Shown here: piece by piece, positions 31,950-43,202 of the stretch
How positions within the stretch are numbered: position 1 is the stretch's first letter
Layout: each line of letters opens with the position of its first letter
From: Minutocellus sp. GHC0000111
Lineage: Eukaryota
NCBI GenBank assembly: GCA_977018835.1
Contig: OZ361260.1
Coordinates: 2,542,001 to 2,606,000 of the forward strand
DNA length: 64,000 nt
Reading direction: 5' to 3'
Notes under the pieces: model-generated
The model's database searches: none
Seen by the model: the letters and a program-made list of their open reading frames with translations, nothing else
Told to the model about the DNA's origin: nothing
Translations under genes and position numbers: made by a program

Positions 31950-33704
31950 ATGCTCGTTCGACTGTTCTACCTCCTCGCCGCCCACCTAATAGTTCCCACC
32001 TCGGCTGTTTGGCCGCTCCCAGCCCAAATTTCCGAGGGAGAGAACAACGACCTGCTGATAATTCCGCCCACCGATTCGACACCATTCTTCCGTGTTGCAT
32101 CCGAGAAGTTAGGTCAGGTTGAAACGCTGGAGGAAGCCTTTGCTCGGTATACCGACCTCACCTTTCCTCATCCTGCATCGAATGCTGGCGAAGATCATAG
32201 GGATTATTCTGCTGCGGCAGAATCAAGTCGACGCCTGGGCCGATCTCAAAACGGCAGAGGTACCTTCGCCGGCACTCACAAAGTACACGTAGGTTCAGCA
32301 ACTCGACGCCTGGGGCGGTCTCAAATCGGTGGAGGCACTCTCAGCGGCATCATTGTCAAAGTGGAGGATGCATCCGAGGAAGCACCGCAGCTGGGCACCG
32401 ACGAGTCCTACTCCCTCACCATCGATACGCAACATGGGAACAATGGCTTCATCACCGCCCCAACCATTTACGGTGCACTTCGGGGTCTGGAAACCTTTTC
32501 CCAGCTTGTGTACTTTGATTTCGATACTGCCACCTATAGATTATCTGTTGGACTTCCGCTCTCTATTCATGATGCACCACGATTCTCTCATCGGGGCCTC
32601 ATGATTGACACTGCACGCCACTTTTTGCCAATCCACACCATCAAGCATGCGTTGGATAGCATGAGCTTTGCCAAATTGAATGTGTTGCATTGGCATATCA
32701 GCGATACCCAATCCTTTCCTCTACAATTCCAATCAAGACCAAAGTTGTGGAACGGAGCACATTCACCAAGAGAACGATATTTGCAGGCAGAAGTGAGGGA
32801 CGTGGTGGAGTACGCCCGACGACGTGGTATTCGGGTAATTCCAGAATTCGATGTACCAGGTCATGCCGCGAGTTGGTGCACAGGATATCCTGAAGTATGT
32901 CCATCAGATCCACAATGCACTCAGCCGTTGAATGTAGCACACGATGAAACATTTCAACTTATTGGTGATATTGTATCAGAATGTGTTGGCGATCAAGGAG
33001 ATGGCGAGGGCGAGAATCCGTTGTTTTTGGACGAGTTCTTCCATTTTGGGGGTGATGAGGTGGATACAACCTGTTGGGAGCGGGACGAGGAAATATCAGC
33101 ATGGATGAAGGATCAAAACTACACCGACCCAGACGAAGCATATGCATACTTTGTCAAGCGTGCAGCGTCCATCGCTATAGAACACGGAAGGCGACCGGTC
33201 CAGTGGTCGGAGGTATTTGATCATTTTCAACACAAGCTTGAGGACAGCACAAATGTCCATGTCTGGAAGAGCGTTACAAATGTCACCGAGGTAGCAGAAA
33301 TGGGATACGATTTACTGGTAAATGCTGGCTATGCCGATGGATCGTGGTACCTTGACAACCTTAATAGAGCGTGGGAAGAGGTATACCAACGCAGCCCCTG
33401 TCAGGGTATTCCAGACGATAGGCCAGACCTGTGCAGCAAAGTCCTCGGAGGTCATGGAGAAATGTGGGGTGAAACAGTAGATACCTCTGACTTTGATGCA
33501 ACGGTGTGGCCAAGATTAGCGGCAATTGCCGAAAGGCTCTGGAGCACCGAGGATCAGACCAGCGATTCGGCAACGGCCCTTCCGCGAATTCAAGAGTTTC
33601 GCTGTCTCCTGAACGAGCGTGGCATTGCGGCCGCACCTGTCAACAATGCAGATGCGCGCTCAGCTCCCCCCGGGCCTGGTTCCTGCTACAAGCAGCGTCG
33701 CTGA
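31950..33704 (+). CDS. Beta-N-acetylhexosaminidase (GH20)
   Basis: VWPLP, DESYSL, GALRGLETFSQL, DAPRFSHRGLMIDTARHF, NVLHWH, PEFDVPGH, catalytic HFGGDEV, MWGE, VWPRLAAIAERLWS. Confidence 0.95.
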   Translation: MLVRLFYLLAAHLIVPTSAVWPLPAQISEGENNDLLIIPPTDSTPFFRVASEKLGQVETLEEAFARYTDLTFPHPASNAGEDHRDYSAAAESSRRLGRSQNGRGTFAGTHKVHVGSATRRLGRSQIGGGTLSGIIVKVEDASEEAPQLGTDESYSLTIDTQHGNNGFITAPTIYGALRGLETFSQLVYFDFDTATYRLSVGLPLSIHDAPRFSHRGLMIDTARHFLPIHTIKHALDSMSFAKLNVLHWHISDTQSFPLQFQSRPKLWNGAHSPRERYLQAEVRDVVEYARRRGIRVIPEFDVPGHAASWCTGYPEVCPSDPQCTQPLNVAHDETFQLIGDIVSECVGDQGDGEGENPLFLDEFFHFGGDEVDTTCWERDEEISAWMKDQNYTDPDEAYAYFVKRAASIAIEHGRRPVQWSEVFDHFQHKLEDSTNVHVWKSVTNVTEVAEMGYDLLVNAGYADGSWYLDNLNRAWEEVYQRSPCQGIPDDRPDLCSKVLGGHGEMWGETVDTSDFDATVWPRLAAIAERLWSTEDQTSDSATALPRIQEFRCLLNERGIAAAPVNNADARSAPPGPGSCYKQRR

Positions 33705-33908
33705 GCTAGAAATACGAACCTAAGGTATGTATGTTGCTGTATGTAATCTACTGTGTGTTGTTTGTTAGGCAGCGCAGTTTTATTTTATATAATACAATAC
33801 TGGTTGGTGGTTTGAATGATCATTAGTATCGAGCAACTGAGACGTCGTATTGGGCGAGAAATAATAGCACCAAGGACAGACAAATGCTTCGGGCACATCA
33901 TTGCTAAG

Positions 33909-35450
33909 CTAGGGACGAACGTCGTTGGCCACGGCTATGAATCGATTTACCGTCGTCTGGAGCGCACGATTTGTTTCTTCCAGCTTCACAATCTCATCTC
34001 TGAGCTGAGCATGTGCCTCCTTTTCCTGCTTCAACTTTTTATTTTCTGATACCAAGCATTCCATTTCAAGTTTGTGGTCAGCTTCCTCCTGGCGGCGATC
34101 CGATTGCTCCTTCTCGAGCTCTTGGCTCTGCTTCTGATAATCATCTTTCAGACGGAGAAGTTCACTCTCTGAATCGTTGGCCTTCTTTTGGAGAGACCGC
34201 TTGTCTTCGTTGTGCCTCGTCGCGATTCCTTTCATCACTTCGTTGTGATGTTTGGCCATACGCCGTTGTGCCTCTTCAAGAGCATTGTTGATGGCTTCAT
34301 GGCGCTTCTGCCGTTCTTTTTCGACCTTGGACGACACATCTTGGACTTTCGCTTCAAGGGACTGGATCTTGGTAGATGCTTCTTCAGAAGCCTTGAGAAG
34401 AGACTTCTTTTCCTCGTCGTGATCCTGCTGTTCCTTCCTTTGCTTCGCTTGAAGCTTTTGGACCGCAGCACTTGATACTTTCGCAGCTTTGCGTCTGGCA
34501 TCCTTCTCCTTCTTCAGCTCGGAGTAAGCGGCGTTCTTATTCGCATCGATGGCCGCCCGGAGCTGCTGGATCTCATTCTCTGCAACTTTTATATTCTTTT
34601 GATGGGCCCTCTTCAACTCCTCGAGCTGTGTGAGAAGATTCTTATTTTTGGCATCGGCGGTTTCTAAATGATCCTTGGAGGACTTTCTCTCCTCATCGAG
34701 CATAGCGGAGAGGTCCCGAATCTTCTTCTCAGCTTCCCCCGTCAGCTTCATAATTTCCTTACGTGTATCCTCAGCATCCTGGCGATGGGATTGCTTCTCG
34801 TCACTAAGCGCCGCTCTCGTATCCTCCAGCATTGCAGAAATATATTTGATGTGGGCTTCCAGACGATGCGTTTCCTGGATGAAATTATGTCTCGCAGCAT
34901 GGGCAAGGCCATCAAAAAAGTCGAATCCTCCATGCTCCGAAGCCGTGGGAAGGCTGGCTTGAGATTTTCCCGCGTGATTACTCTTGTGGGTTGGGCCCGA
35001 GACGATGATAGCTCCACTATTAGTTGGGGATCTGTGGTTGGTCTTGCTCCTTGATAGACGATACGACCCGTACTTCTTCTGCTTGTCGAGAGCCTTACTA
35101 ACAAAGATAGCCATTCGGTTGCTCAGTTCCTTCTCAGTAGGACGAGAATCGATTGTTTCAACGGTCTCACCGGGATGTAGCCTGGTTGCTAGCCAAATAT
35201 CTTTATAGTTCGCCCAAATAGGTTCGGAACTTCTCCACCAGCGGGTTCTGTCTGGATCGGAACCAATGACGAAGAAACCGTTTTTATAACCTGCTTTGGA
35301 CGACGATATGAAAGCAACTAGGCCGATCACTGTCCTGTGGTAGATCATATAATCCCATAGAAGTTTACCGTAGCGCTCGAGCGCATCTTCATCGGACTGG
35401 ACGTCATCAATGGAGCGCTTGGTGCCACGTCCGCTTTCTGCTGAAGCCAT
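33909..35450 (-). CDS. Hypothetical protein with long C-terminal coiled coil
   Basis: ~513-aa open frame with E/K/Q-rich heptads. Confidence 0.7.
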   Translation of the reverse strand: MASAESGRGTKRSIDDVQSDEDALERYGKLLWDYMIYHRTVIGLVAFISSSKAGYKNGFFVIGSDPDRTRWWRSSEPIWANYKDIWLATRLHPGETVETIDSRPTEKELSNRMAIFVSKALDKQKKYGSYRLSRSKTNHRSPTNSGAIIVSGPTHKSNHAGKSQASLPTASEHGGFDFFDGLAHAARHNFIQETHRLEAHIKYISAMLEDTRAALSDEKQSHRQDAEDTRKEIMKLTGEAEKKIRDLSAMLDEERKSSKDHLETADAKNKNLLTQLEELKRAHQKNIKVAENEIQQLRAAIDANKNAAYSELKKEKDARRKAAKVSSAAVQKLQAKQRKEQQDHDEEKKSLLKASEEASTKIQSLEAKVQDVSSKVEKERQKRHEAINNALEEAQRRMAKHHNEVMKGIATRHNEDKRSLQKKANDSESELLRLKDDYQKQSQELEKEQSDRRQEEADHKLEMECLVSENKKLKQEKEAHAQLRDEIVKLEETNRALQTTVNRFIAVANDVRP

Positions 35451-35888
35451 GGTGTTACTGGATACAATTCTTGAGTTTGTACGGAAGGTATTATCCAAAA
35501 ACTGTGCTCAATCAGGTGACCGGGCGGCACGTTGAGCGTGGTCAACTCCAAAAAAGTGTGGTTGTGTGGCTGTTTCCCACATATATCTGTCTATTTTCAT
35601 CATCTCTTAGTACTAAAGTACTGATGAACACTCCACGGCAAGAGTTTTATGCATACTACTGGACTTTTAGTGACTTTGCACATACATACCATGGTATCAA
35701 TGTGATTCGTTTCGATTGTTTTTCCTTAAAAAAAAAAAACGAAAAAAAAAATGTACGGGGATTTTCGTGCAAATAGACGGCGTTCCAGCATCAGTGCACA
35801 TTTGTCATGGTTTTTTGTGCTAAATTCACTCTCACACCTATTTCCCGATTTTTTTTGCGTACCATGGCATTCGTTAATTCTACATACC

Positions 35889-36844
35889 TCAGCCGACAAT
35901 GCCCAACAACTCCCCCCACGAGTAAAATGTTGCCGATGCAATCTCCCACAATTGGGTGCAAAGAACGACGGCTACTGTCCAAGATGGAGGATTTAATGCA
36001 TTTGCATCAGGGTCCAAGTCATCATTATCGTTTCGGCCCATGTTCAACGAGCAATATTTGTTGATATTAGCTGCGATGCTTCCCACCGTCAGCATTAGCA
36101 GGATGGCAGCCGAATCTGCCTCGATACCTGCTCTAGTTCCCAGCAGGTCCGGTGATGTGTACCAGACTGGGAAGAAGGCATCCATGTAACCACCGACCAA
36201 CACACCAATGCCAGCCAATGCAGCGAGACCTCTCACCCATCGATTAGACGGTAGTGGAACTATGGAGGTCAACTGATCGGTGGTATCCTTGAGATTGCCG
36301 AGTACACCAGATTCATTGTTGCTATTTGTACTGAACCACGATGACATGCCTGTTACAACATACAGGGTACCAACCAAGGGCCACGCATAGCGCCAATCCT
36401 GTACAGTTTCGAATCTCATGGTAATGTCATCCACCAACAACACCGATAGGACGGTGGCCGTGGTTATGGCGACTGCCGTCCTTGCGACATCTACACCGGA
36501 AGGTGCTGGTTGTTCTGCCTTATTGGCGAGGCTGGTGAAGCGCCGACCACCAACTCGACTGGTAGATCGATTCGTAATAGAATAATCGTTTAGATTCTTT
36601 GTGATGACATCATCATCGTTGGATGCCATCATTGCTAAGCTCCCCCTACCTGCTGGCCTTTGCAAGCCGGACGACGAACACTGATGAAGGCGGCGAGAAA
36701 AGTAGCACATGCTGTAGTCGGTCGAAGAATAGAAGTTGACTCGGCGAGCCAGGCAGTAGCTGGCCTTATCTCTGAGCATAATGCTGCTGCTGCTACTGCA
36801 ACTGCACCTGTAGAACAGCGCCTTCGTCGGCGCAAGGAGCCCAT
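35889..36844 (-). CDS. Multi-pass membrane protein, probably plastid-targeted; signal peptide appears in a different frame (likely 1-bp indel near 36700)
   Basis: TM helices (WRYAWPLVGTLY, GGYMDAFFPVWYTSP..GTRAGIE.DSA); ATG 36844 frame gives AVAVAAAALCSEIRPATA-W. Confidence 0.6.
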
Positions 36845-36970
36845 GGTTGCCGCGAGAATGACAAGAGGAGAATGATGTCCGCATACCGTTAGTCGCTACT
36901 CGCCACTGACTCACCGCCTCAGCAGCAAAACTCAAAACGGAAAGATACTCGCCCACTTTCATCAGCAACC

Positions 36971-37885
36971 ATGAGAACCACCGCCCTCCTGTTCGCCGCC
37001 GCTACGGCCCTCGCCGGTCAGTCGGCCATGGCCTTCCAGCCTGTGCCTTCTGCTTCGACCTCGGGCGTCATTCGTACCTCGCCCAAGGCCGTCACTGGCA
37101 GCAGCCCCCGCCATCCCGCCGCCTTTGCTTCCCAGCTCGCTTCGGCAACCTCCAGCGATGGCGATGCCGGATCGGACGGTGGACTGGACGTCGGTGCTCT
37201 GGGCAAGTACGCACTGGCCGCTGGTATTCAAATGTCGCTGTTCTCGGGTGTGTTCAAGCTGGCCGACATTGGTCTAGCCAGCGCCGGGCTGGAACCCTCC
37301 TCCCTCCCCTTTGCTGCCATCGCCTTTGTGTTCTATGCGTGCGCCCTCAAATCGCGCGTGTTCAACCCCCTGAACAACGCCCGACCGGACAGAAGCAAGG
37401 CAGTGGAGGGCAAGGGATCGGACGGATTCAGAGATCGGGTCATGCCCTCGTGGACTCCACCGGGCGTTATCTTCCCCATCATGTGGTTGCTTATCATTGG
37501 TCCAATTCGCGCTTACAGTTCGGCCATGGTTGTTTCGTCAACTGGCACATTCTTCAACCCAGCGATCATGGCTTTCATCTTCCATTTGACCTGTGGCGAC
37601 GTTTGGAATACCATCAACAACACCGAGAAGCGATACGGGATGAGCGTCGTGGGTATCTTGCTCGGAGTTGTTTTCAGTGCCGCCTTTGCTGCCTCGCAAT
37701 ATTATGCCATTGAGCCTCTGGCTGGAAAGCTGCTGGGTGGAACCCTCTTGTGGCTCTGCACGGCGAGTGCTCTCATCACCGATACCTGGAGACTCAATCC
37801 CGACGATAATGGAAAGCGTGAGCCGCTGTATCCTGTCAAGGGTGATGCAAAGACGGAGTTTGCTTGGTTCGGCAGCAGCAGCTAA
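36971..37885 (+). CDS. TspO/MBR family membrane protein with plastid presequence
   Basis: PSWTPPGVIFPIMW and AGKLL...LLWL..AS.L motifs; AMA-FQP presequence. Confidence 0.85.
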   Translation: MRTTALLFAAATALAGQSAMAFQPVPSASTSGVIRTSPKAVTGSSPRHPAAFASQLASATSSDGDAGSDGGLDVGALGKYALAAGIQMSLFSGVFKLADIGLASAGLEPSSLPFAAIAFVFYACALKSRVFNPLNNARPDRSKAVEGKGSDGFRDRVMPSWTPPGVIFPIMWLLIIGPIRAYSSAMVVSSTGTFFNPAIMAFIFHLTCGDVWNTINNTEKRYGMSVVGILLGVVFSAAFAASQYYAIEPLAGKLLGGTLLWLCTASALITDTWRLNPDDNGKREPLYPVKGDAKTEFAWFGSSS

Positions 37886-38260
37886 GAATCTAGGAACCTA
37901 TTGATACCGGTCTGAATAGCAGGAATTCTTAAAAAAGCTTCATTCGAATGGTGAACCATGCATGCATTTTTATTAAAATAGTTCGCGTATCGTCCCTTGG
38001 GCCGTGTGATATACTAGCTAGTAACATACATCTAGACATGTACCGGTACTGAAAACAGAAGTCGGAGATGGCGATCCACCGCCGGAACATGTGGACTCGC
38101 TCGACCACCACTATCATGTCGACGGACAGACTTTCGATTTCAGCATGGCTGATTTTTCAGGCGCGCGACCGCAAAATTTCGAGTGCGTGTTGAAGCCGGC
38201 CCGTTGAAAAGCCGAGACGCGACGCATCAAGCCCATTTGACTTACACATATGAACGAACA

Positions 38261-39730
38261 ATGAATAATCAGACGATATTGCAGCTGGTACACTTTGTAT
38301 CTCTATTGGCGATCGTCGCATCGTCGCCATTTGGCGTCGGTGCGCCCAATCCGATATCAATCGGCGTCCGATCAGCGCTGACAGCCACCAATGGATTTGG
38401 TCTGTTCTCTCCCAGCCCCTCCAGAGCAGCCGTAGCCACGAGAGTTGCGGTCCGATCGAGGCGTAGTAACATTGGAGGTGCAAATAGCAGTCCATTTGCG
38501 AGGCGAAGTAGCAAGACCAGTCAGTTGGTGCGTGTTCCCAGCGTCGAGGACGAGGAAAGTAACGAGGTGACACTCTGTGGTCGCACGTCGTCAAGTGTCA
38601 GTGCAAGTGCAAAAGTAGATGCCATCGCTCCGGGTGGAGCCGCCACGGCTGCCATGGCTGTTGCCCGCCGGCTTCACTCTTGGGAGAACATGGTTTGCGG
38701 TGCTGTAAGCCGATCCATTGCCCAGACCGTCATGCATCCTGCCAACACCATGAAGACCATTCTGCAGTCGCAGCGGGGCGTCCCAGCCTCGGAGCGGATG
38801 ATTATTGCCGCTCTTGCCAAGCCGTCCAATGTCAAGCTTTTGACACGGGGTGCGGGGGCGCAATTCATTCTATCGGTGCCGCATGGTGCCGTCAACTTTG
38901 CCGTTCTGGAGTTTGTCCGGCGGCAGATGACTCGGGTCACCGATCAGGAGTGGGTCCGAAATCGCATCAATGTTGAGGCCTTTAGTGCTGGATTTGACTT
39001 TTTATCCTCGGCCATATCGACTGTATGCTGCAGCGTGGTTTCGACTCCACAGATGATGATCACTGACAACATTATGGCGGGCACCTACCCCAATCTCCCA
39101 GCTGCCGTCAAGGGCTTGGCATCTGAGAAGGGCGTCAAGGGCTTTTACGCCGGTTGGTGGCCAGGCCTGGCTGGAAAGATCCCCAGCTACGCCCTCACTT
39201 GGACGTTGTTCCAGCAGCTCAAATTGGCTCACAGTCGCACATTCCAGCGCGATCCCAAGGACATTGAAAATTCAATTATGGGTTGCATGGCGTCGGCCAC
39301 GACGGTTACCATCATGATCCCGCTCGATACCATCAAAACGCGCTTAGTGACACAGCTCAACTATCCTGATCTGGTCCCATACAAGGGTATCATTGACTGC
39401 GGACGACGCATCTTCCAGGAGGAGGGCATGATTGCCTTCTACCGTGGCCTATCGCCACGCCTCATCAGTGTCGTTCCCATGATTGGCATTCAGTTTGGCG
39501 TATACGAGGCCATGAAGAAGGCCATGCTCATGAGAGGAATGGAGGAAGAAAAGCCCGCCATAAGCGGTAGAAAGTTGAAGCAGGCTCAGGAGAGTGCCCA
39601 AATACGAGAACGTGAGACCCGCAAGCGCGATATGGAGGAGATTGCAATGGAAGTCGCGGCCGATGACGATCAGCCCTTCCCTGCTCCTCGTCTGAACAAG
39701 AAGCGATTTGGACTGAAGAAGAAAGATTAG
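38261..39730 (+). CDS. Mitochondrial carrier family (SLC25, SAM-carrier-like) protein with N-terminal signal/transit extension
   Basis: Three carrier repeats: HPANTMKTILQ, TPQMMITD, IPLDTIKTRL; EKGVKGFYAG, EEGMIAFYRG. Confidence 0.9.
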   Translation: MNNQTILQLVHFVSLLAIVASSPFGVGAPNPISIGVRSALTATNGFGLFSPSPSRAAVATRVAVRSRRSNIGGANSSPFARRSSKTSQLVRVPSVEDEESNEVTLCGRTSSSVSASAKVDAIAPGGAATAAMAVARRLHSWENMVCGAVSRSIAQTVMHPANTMKTILQSQRGVPASERMIIAALAKPSNVKLLTRGAGAQFILSVPHGAVNFAVLEFVRRQMTRVTDQEWVRNRINVEAFSAGFDFLSSAISTVCCSVVSTPQMMITDNIMAGTYPNLPAAVKGLASEKGVKGFYAGWWPGLAGKIPSYALTWTLFQQLKLAHSRTFQRDPKDIENSIMGCMASATTVTIMIPLDTIKTRLVTQLNYPDLVPYKGIIDCGRRIFQEEGMIAFYRGLSPRLISVVPMIGIQFGVYEAMKKAMLMRGMEEEKPAISGRKLKQAQESAQIRERETRKRDMEEIAMEVAADDDQPFPAPRLNKKRFGLKKKD

Positions 39731-40129
39731 AGTCTCGATAGATCTAGCTAGGGATGCAGGGACCGAGAAGAAGGAAAGGTTGGATGTAAGAAAAGTTAGA
39801 GTTGTGCCAGCCTAAATGAGTGAGAAATACACCGGAGAGGGGAACCCAGCCTGTTCCCAAAAGCAATGAAAATGATCCAGTCGAATGAGGAGAGCGTGTG
39901 TTGCGTTTCATTCATTCTCTCTGCTTCGATATTGCGTGAATTTCACTTGGGCATGAAACAACTTATCTCTGGGATAGCAAACAATCATGTAACATAATGC
40001 TACAGCTACACCTTTCCCTTGTAAATAGGCTACTGTAGTTCTGCACGTCCGTGTCGGCCACCAAACCTCTCTACCGGCGAGCCCCCGCCCAGAGAAAGAT
40101 GCGGTGTTGCAGGCAGAGCAGGCAGATTC

Positions 40130-40543
40130 ATTCCTCCTCCGCACGCCTCACTGTTTCTTCATGACGCAAAAGACAGATGTCGAGACACGGTCGGCGAAGC
40201 TACGCTGCTGCTGCGCGGCGAATTTCTGGTCTTCGAATGTTCGCCACGCAAGTCAAGCTTTCAACTCTTCGCGAGCGAAGTGCTCGGCGACCTTCTCGGC
40301 ATTTGACACTTATGCCAGCTTTACCATCCTCCAGTGTTCTCCGCACCAATTCCTTGTTGTTACCAGATCTTGAATTCTGTCACTTCTTGTCTCAAATTTG
40401 AGTGTTCTTGTACAGCTTTCAGTGACTCTGGCGTGCAAAGCTTTCTCCTCCAATCAATAATTGTTTATTGGTCATTGGACGGCCGCATGATAGAGGTACC
40501 GGATACCTTCCTTACTTGCATGCTTGACACGAACACATTCCAT
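40130..40543 (-). pseudogene. Gene relic with five in-frame stops, family unknown
   Basis: One continuous frame reads MECVRVK...AAVQ*PINNY*LEEKALHAR...VKLA*VSNAEKVAEHFAREELKA*LAWRTFEDQKF...KKQ*; four stops are TGA. Confidence 0.35.
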
Positions 40544-40675
40544 CAACACCGATAGCACATACCGCCAAGAGGTGCTACATAATAGTGCATACTTTTCCTT
40601 GCCTTTTGCTTCACAATCGCTCTGGGCACCAACGTTTTCCACTACCGCCGATAACACATCGATTTCCAGCCGAAC

Positions 40676-41815
40676 ATGATTGCACTGCGAAGAACGGCGG
40701 CGGTATCGCTTTCCCGAATTCGTCCTCTGCACCAAACTGCAGCGGCTGCTGAAAAGTCCACCATCGCCGGCGCCAACCACTCGACACAGCCATCGGGCAG
40801 CAACTACGGTGACGACAAGTCCATCAAGAGATATCCCGAAAAGGGCATTGGTTTGTGTCCCCATCGGCGCACCAACTTCACCACGGTCAATGAGAATTTT
40901 CATTACAATGTAGTATTCCTCCGTCATGGCCAGAGCACGTGGAATCGTGACGATCGGTTTATCGGGTGGACTGATACGCCCCTTACTGAGGATGGCGTCC
41001 TTGAGGCTCGGTTGGCTGGTCAGATGCTGCAGAAGAGTCGCGTCAAGTTCGATGTGGTGCACACTTCCCTTCTCCGCCGATCGATTCGAACCACCAACCT
41101 GGCCCTCATGGAGATGGGTTTGGATTGGATCCCCGTCCATAAGAGCTGGCGTCTCAATGAACGCAATTATGGCGACCTCGTTGGAAAGAACAAGAAGGAG
41201 GTCGTCAAGGTCCATGGAGCCGACCAGGTTAAGCGCTGGAGACGCTCGTATGACGAGCCTCCTCCTCCAATGACGGATGATCATGCTTACCATCCCGCCC
41301 GGGATCCTCGGTATCGATTCATGACGCACAAGATCCCCAAGAGCGAATCACTTAAGTGCACCCTGGAACGCTCGAGCGTGTACTGGGACGAAACCATCGC
41401 CCCGTCCCTTCGAGCTGGAAAAACTGTCCTCGTTGTCGGACACGAGAACAACCTTCGTTCGCTCATCATGCGTCTGGAGGACATTTCTGAGGAGGATATT
41501 ATCAATCTATCCCTGCCTCGAGCCGTCCCCTTGGCGTACCGACTCGACGAAAATCTCAAGCCTCTGCCTCGACCCGATGGCAAGCTCGACGAGGCCACCG
41601 GATTCCTCCGCGGCGAGTGGCTCGGAGGTGATAAGGCAGTCGCCGAGATACTGGACCGCGACAGCAAGCAGGTTTATGACACGTCGATCGAGAAGAACTT
41701 GGAACTGTGCGAGGACAAGGATAAGTGGAGAGACTGGATGGAGTTTGTCATGGGTAAACCTCAGCCCGAGCAAAAGGCCGCCGCCTCGACTCTTTTGGGA
41801 GAGGATTCAAAGTAG
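40676..41815 (+). CDS. PGAM: 2,3-BPG-dependent phosphoglycerate mutase with mitochondrial-type presequence
   Basis: LRHGQSTWN, FIGWTDTPLT, WRLNERNYGDL.GKNK, QVKRWRRSYD, ESLK, LVVGHENNLR; Arg/Ser/Ala-rich N-terminus. Confidence 0.95.
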   Translation: MIALRRTAAVSLSRIRPLHQTAAAAEKSTIAGANHSTQPSGSNYGDDKSIKRYPEKGIGLCPHRRTNFTTVNENFHYNVVFLRHGQSTWNRDDRFIGWTDTPLTEDGVLEARLAGQMLQKSRVKFDVVHTSLLRRSIRTTNLALMEMGLDWIPVHKSWRLNERNYGDLVGKNKKEVVKVHGADQVKRWRRSYDEPPPPMTDDHAYHPARDPRYRFMTHKIPKSESLKCTLERSSVYWDETIAPSLRAGKTVLVVGHENNLRSLIMRLEDISEEDIINLSLPRAVPLAYRLDENLKPLPRPDGKLDEATGFLRGEWLGGDKAVAEILDRDSKQVYDTSIEKNLELCEDKDKWRDWMEFVMGKPQPEQKAAASTLLGEDSK

Positions 41816-42304
41816 AGAACTGGATAAGTAAAAGTGGGCGGAGAAACAAACAGCAAAATTTGTACTGATAAGAGGTCTCACTTGGGAGGTAGATTCGATT
41901 TTGTACTTCTATGCACTTGTTCTTGTGCCTTGCATTGTATGTTACACCATCTGTATCGTGATAAAATTTTGAGTTTTGAGTCAGCCACAGAGTAGAGAGG
42001 CAGATTTGTGCACTGAAACGAAACAGTGCCAAGTAAACTAGCTAGAGAATCTATCTACGCAGGAATTCCTAAGTATTAATAAGCGAAACATACTGCTTTC
42101 ACATGTGAGCTAATACTGCTTATGTAGTCTCGTCATCTTGCTCTACATGGGCTATTATTACGCAGTACCGTAGTGTGTGTAATGCCTTCATAGATGCTTC
42201 TTAGTATTTCTACGCTCTACTCTCAAGCTCGACCAGGTTAGACTAGACTAGATCTAGAACCCAGTGCCCAGATAATTTTGCATTCGCTGTCCACTTTTCA
42301 AAGC

Positions 42305-42892
42305 CTACTCCTCTGGTCTTCCAGCGACACTGACAAGGTTGATGCAGTATCGGTTTCCCTTGCTGTCGGGGATGTTGTGGCCAAGATGCGTACCCGTCGT
42401 ACTGACACACTCTCCATCGGGGAGGCATCGGACATACTCCCAGTTTACTTCATCATCTCTGAAGGACGGCCATCCGTGCGACTGACTCTCCTTGAGGAAC
42501 GCTTCCATGGTCCGTCCCACTGGGGCGGTAAACAGAAGCTGGCCAGTTACCGAATCGTAATACTCCGTGGGATTCTCCCTGTCGACCTCGTTCAGGAACG
42601 TAGTGCTGGTCCAATACCCAGCGTACTCCGCGTAATGTCTGTTGAAATTGCAGATGCGATCGGCCGTGTCGTAATCGCACTTCCACCTCAAATCTTTCTG
42701 GACCGGCTTTTCCGAAGTGCCGTGCGCCTTCTGGCTCATGACTTCCTCCGTGGCGGTGATGGGCAGCTTCTCTCCGGCCTTGAGGGCGAGGGTACGTCGC
42801 ATCGCAGCGCCGGCTGTAGCAGAGGGTGCAAACGCGCTGGTCAGAGACGACGTGGCGGCGAGGAGGAGGGTTACCTGGCGGGCGATCTTCAT
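42305..42892 (-). CDS. msrB: Peptide methionine-R-sulfoxide reductase (MsrB/SelR), plastid-targeted
   Basis: HGWPSF, THLGHNIPD..GNRYCIN; TSA-FAP presequence. Confidence 0.9.
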   Translation of the reverse strand: MKIARQVTLLLAATSSLTSAFAPSATAGAAMRRTLALKAGEKLPITATEEVMSQKAHGTSEKPVQKDLRWKCDYDTADRICNFNRHYAEYAGYWTSTTFLNEVDRENPTEYYDSVTGQLLFTAPVGRTMEAFLKESQSHGWPSFRDDEVNWEYVRCLPDGECVSTTGTHLGHNIPDSKGNRYCINLVSVAGRPEE

Positions 42893-43202
42893 GGTGCTCC
42901 GTGTTATGGTGTTGTTCTTCGAAATATGAGCTCGTGCTGGCCTGAGGATCGTCGATGATCGATCGTCATGGTCGGCTGAGGTGGTCAGTGAACGTACGTA
43001 AACGCTGAACTCGTACGTAGGTACTTTTCGAGATGATGTCATACAGAACCTCGGATCTACGTACGCGCTTGTCGTACGTAGAACCAGCCTCGATTTCTCA
43101 ATTTTCATTTTTTCAGACGGCAACCGGTCCCCTTCGCCGTTGCTGCCGCCCCGCCCCTCCCTTACCCCACCACCCCACCACTCAAACTCAACCCAGACCA
43201 CC

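Noticed and set aside
35686..35867. TACCATGG direct repeat around an A/T-run-rich segment as a possible 8-bp TSD
   Set aside because: No terminal inverted repeats inside the repeats
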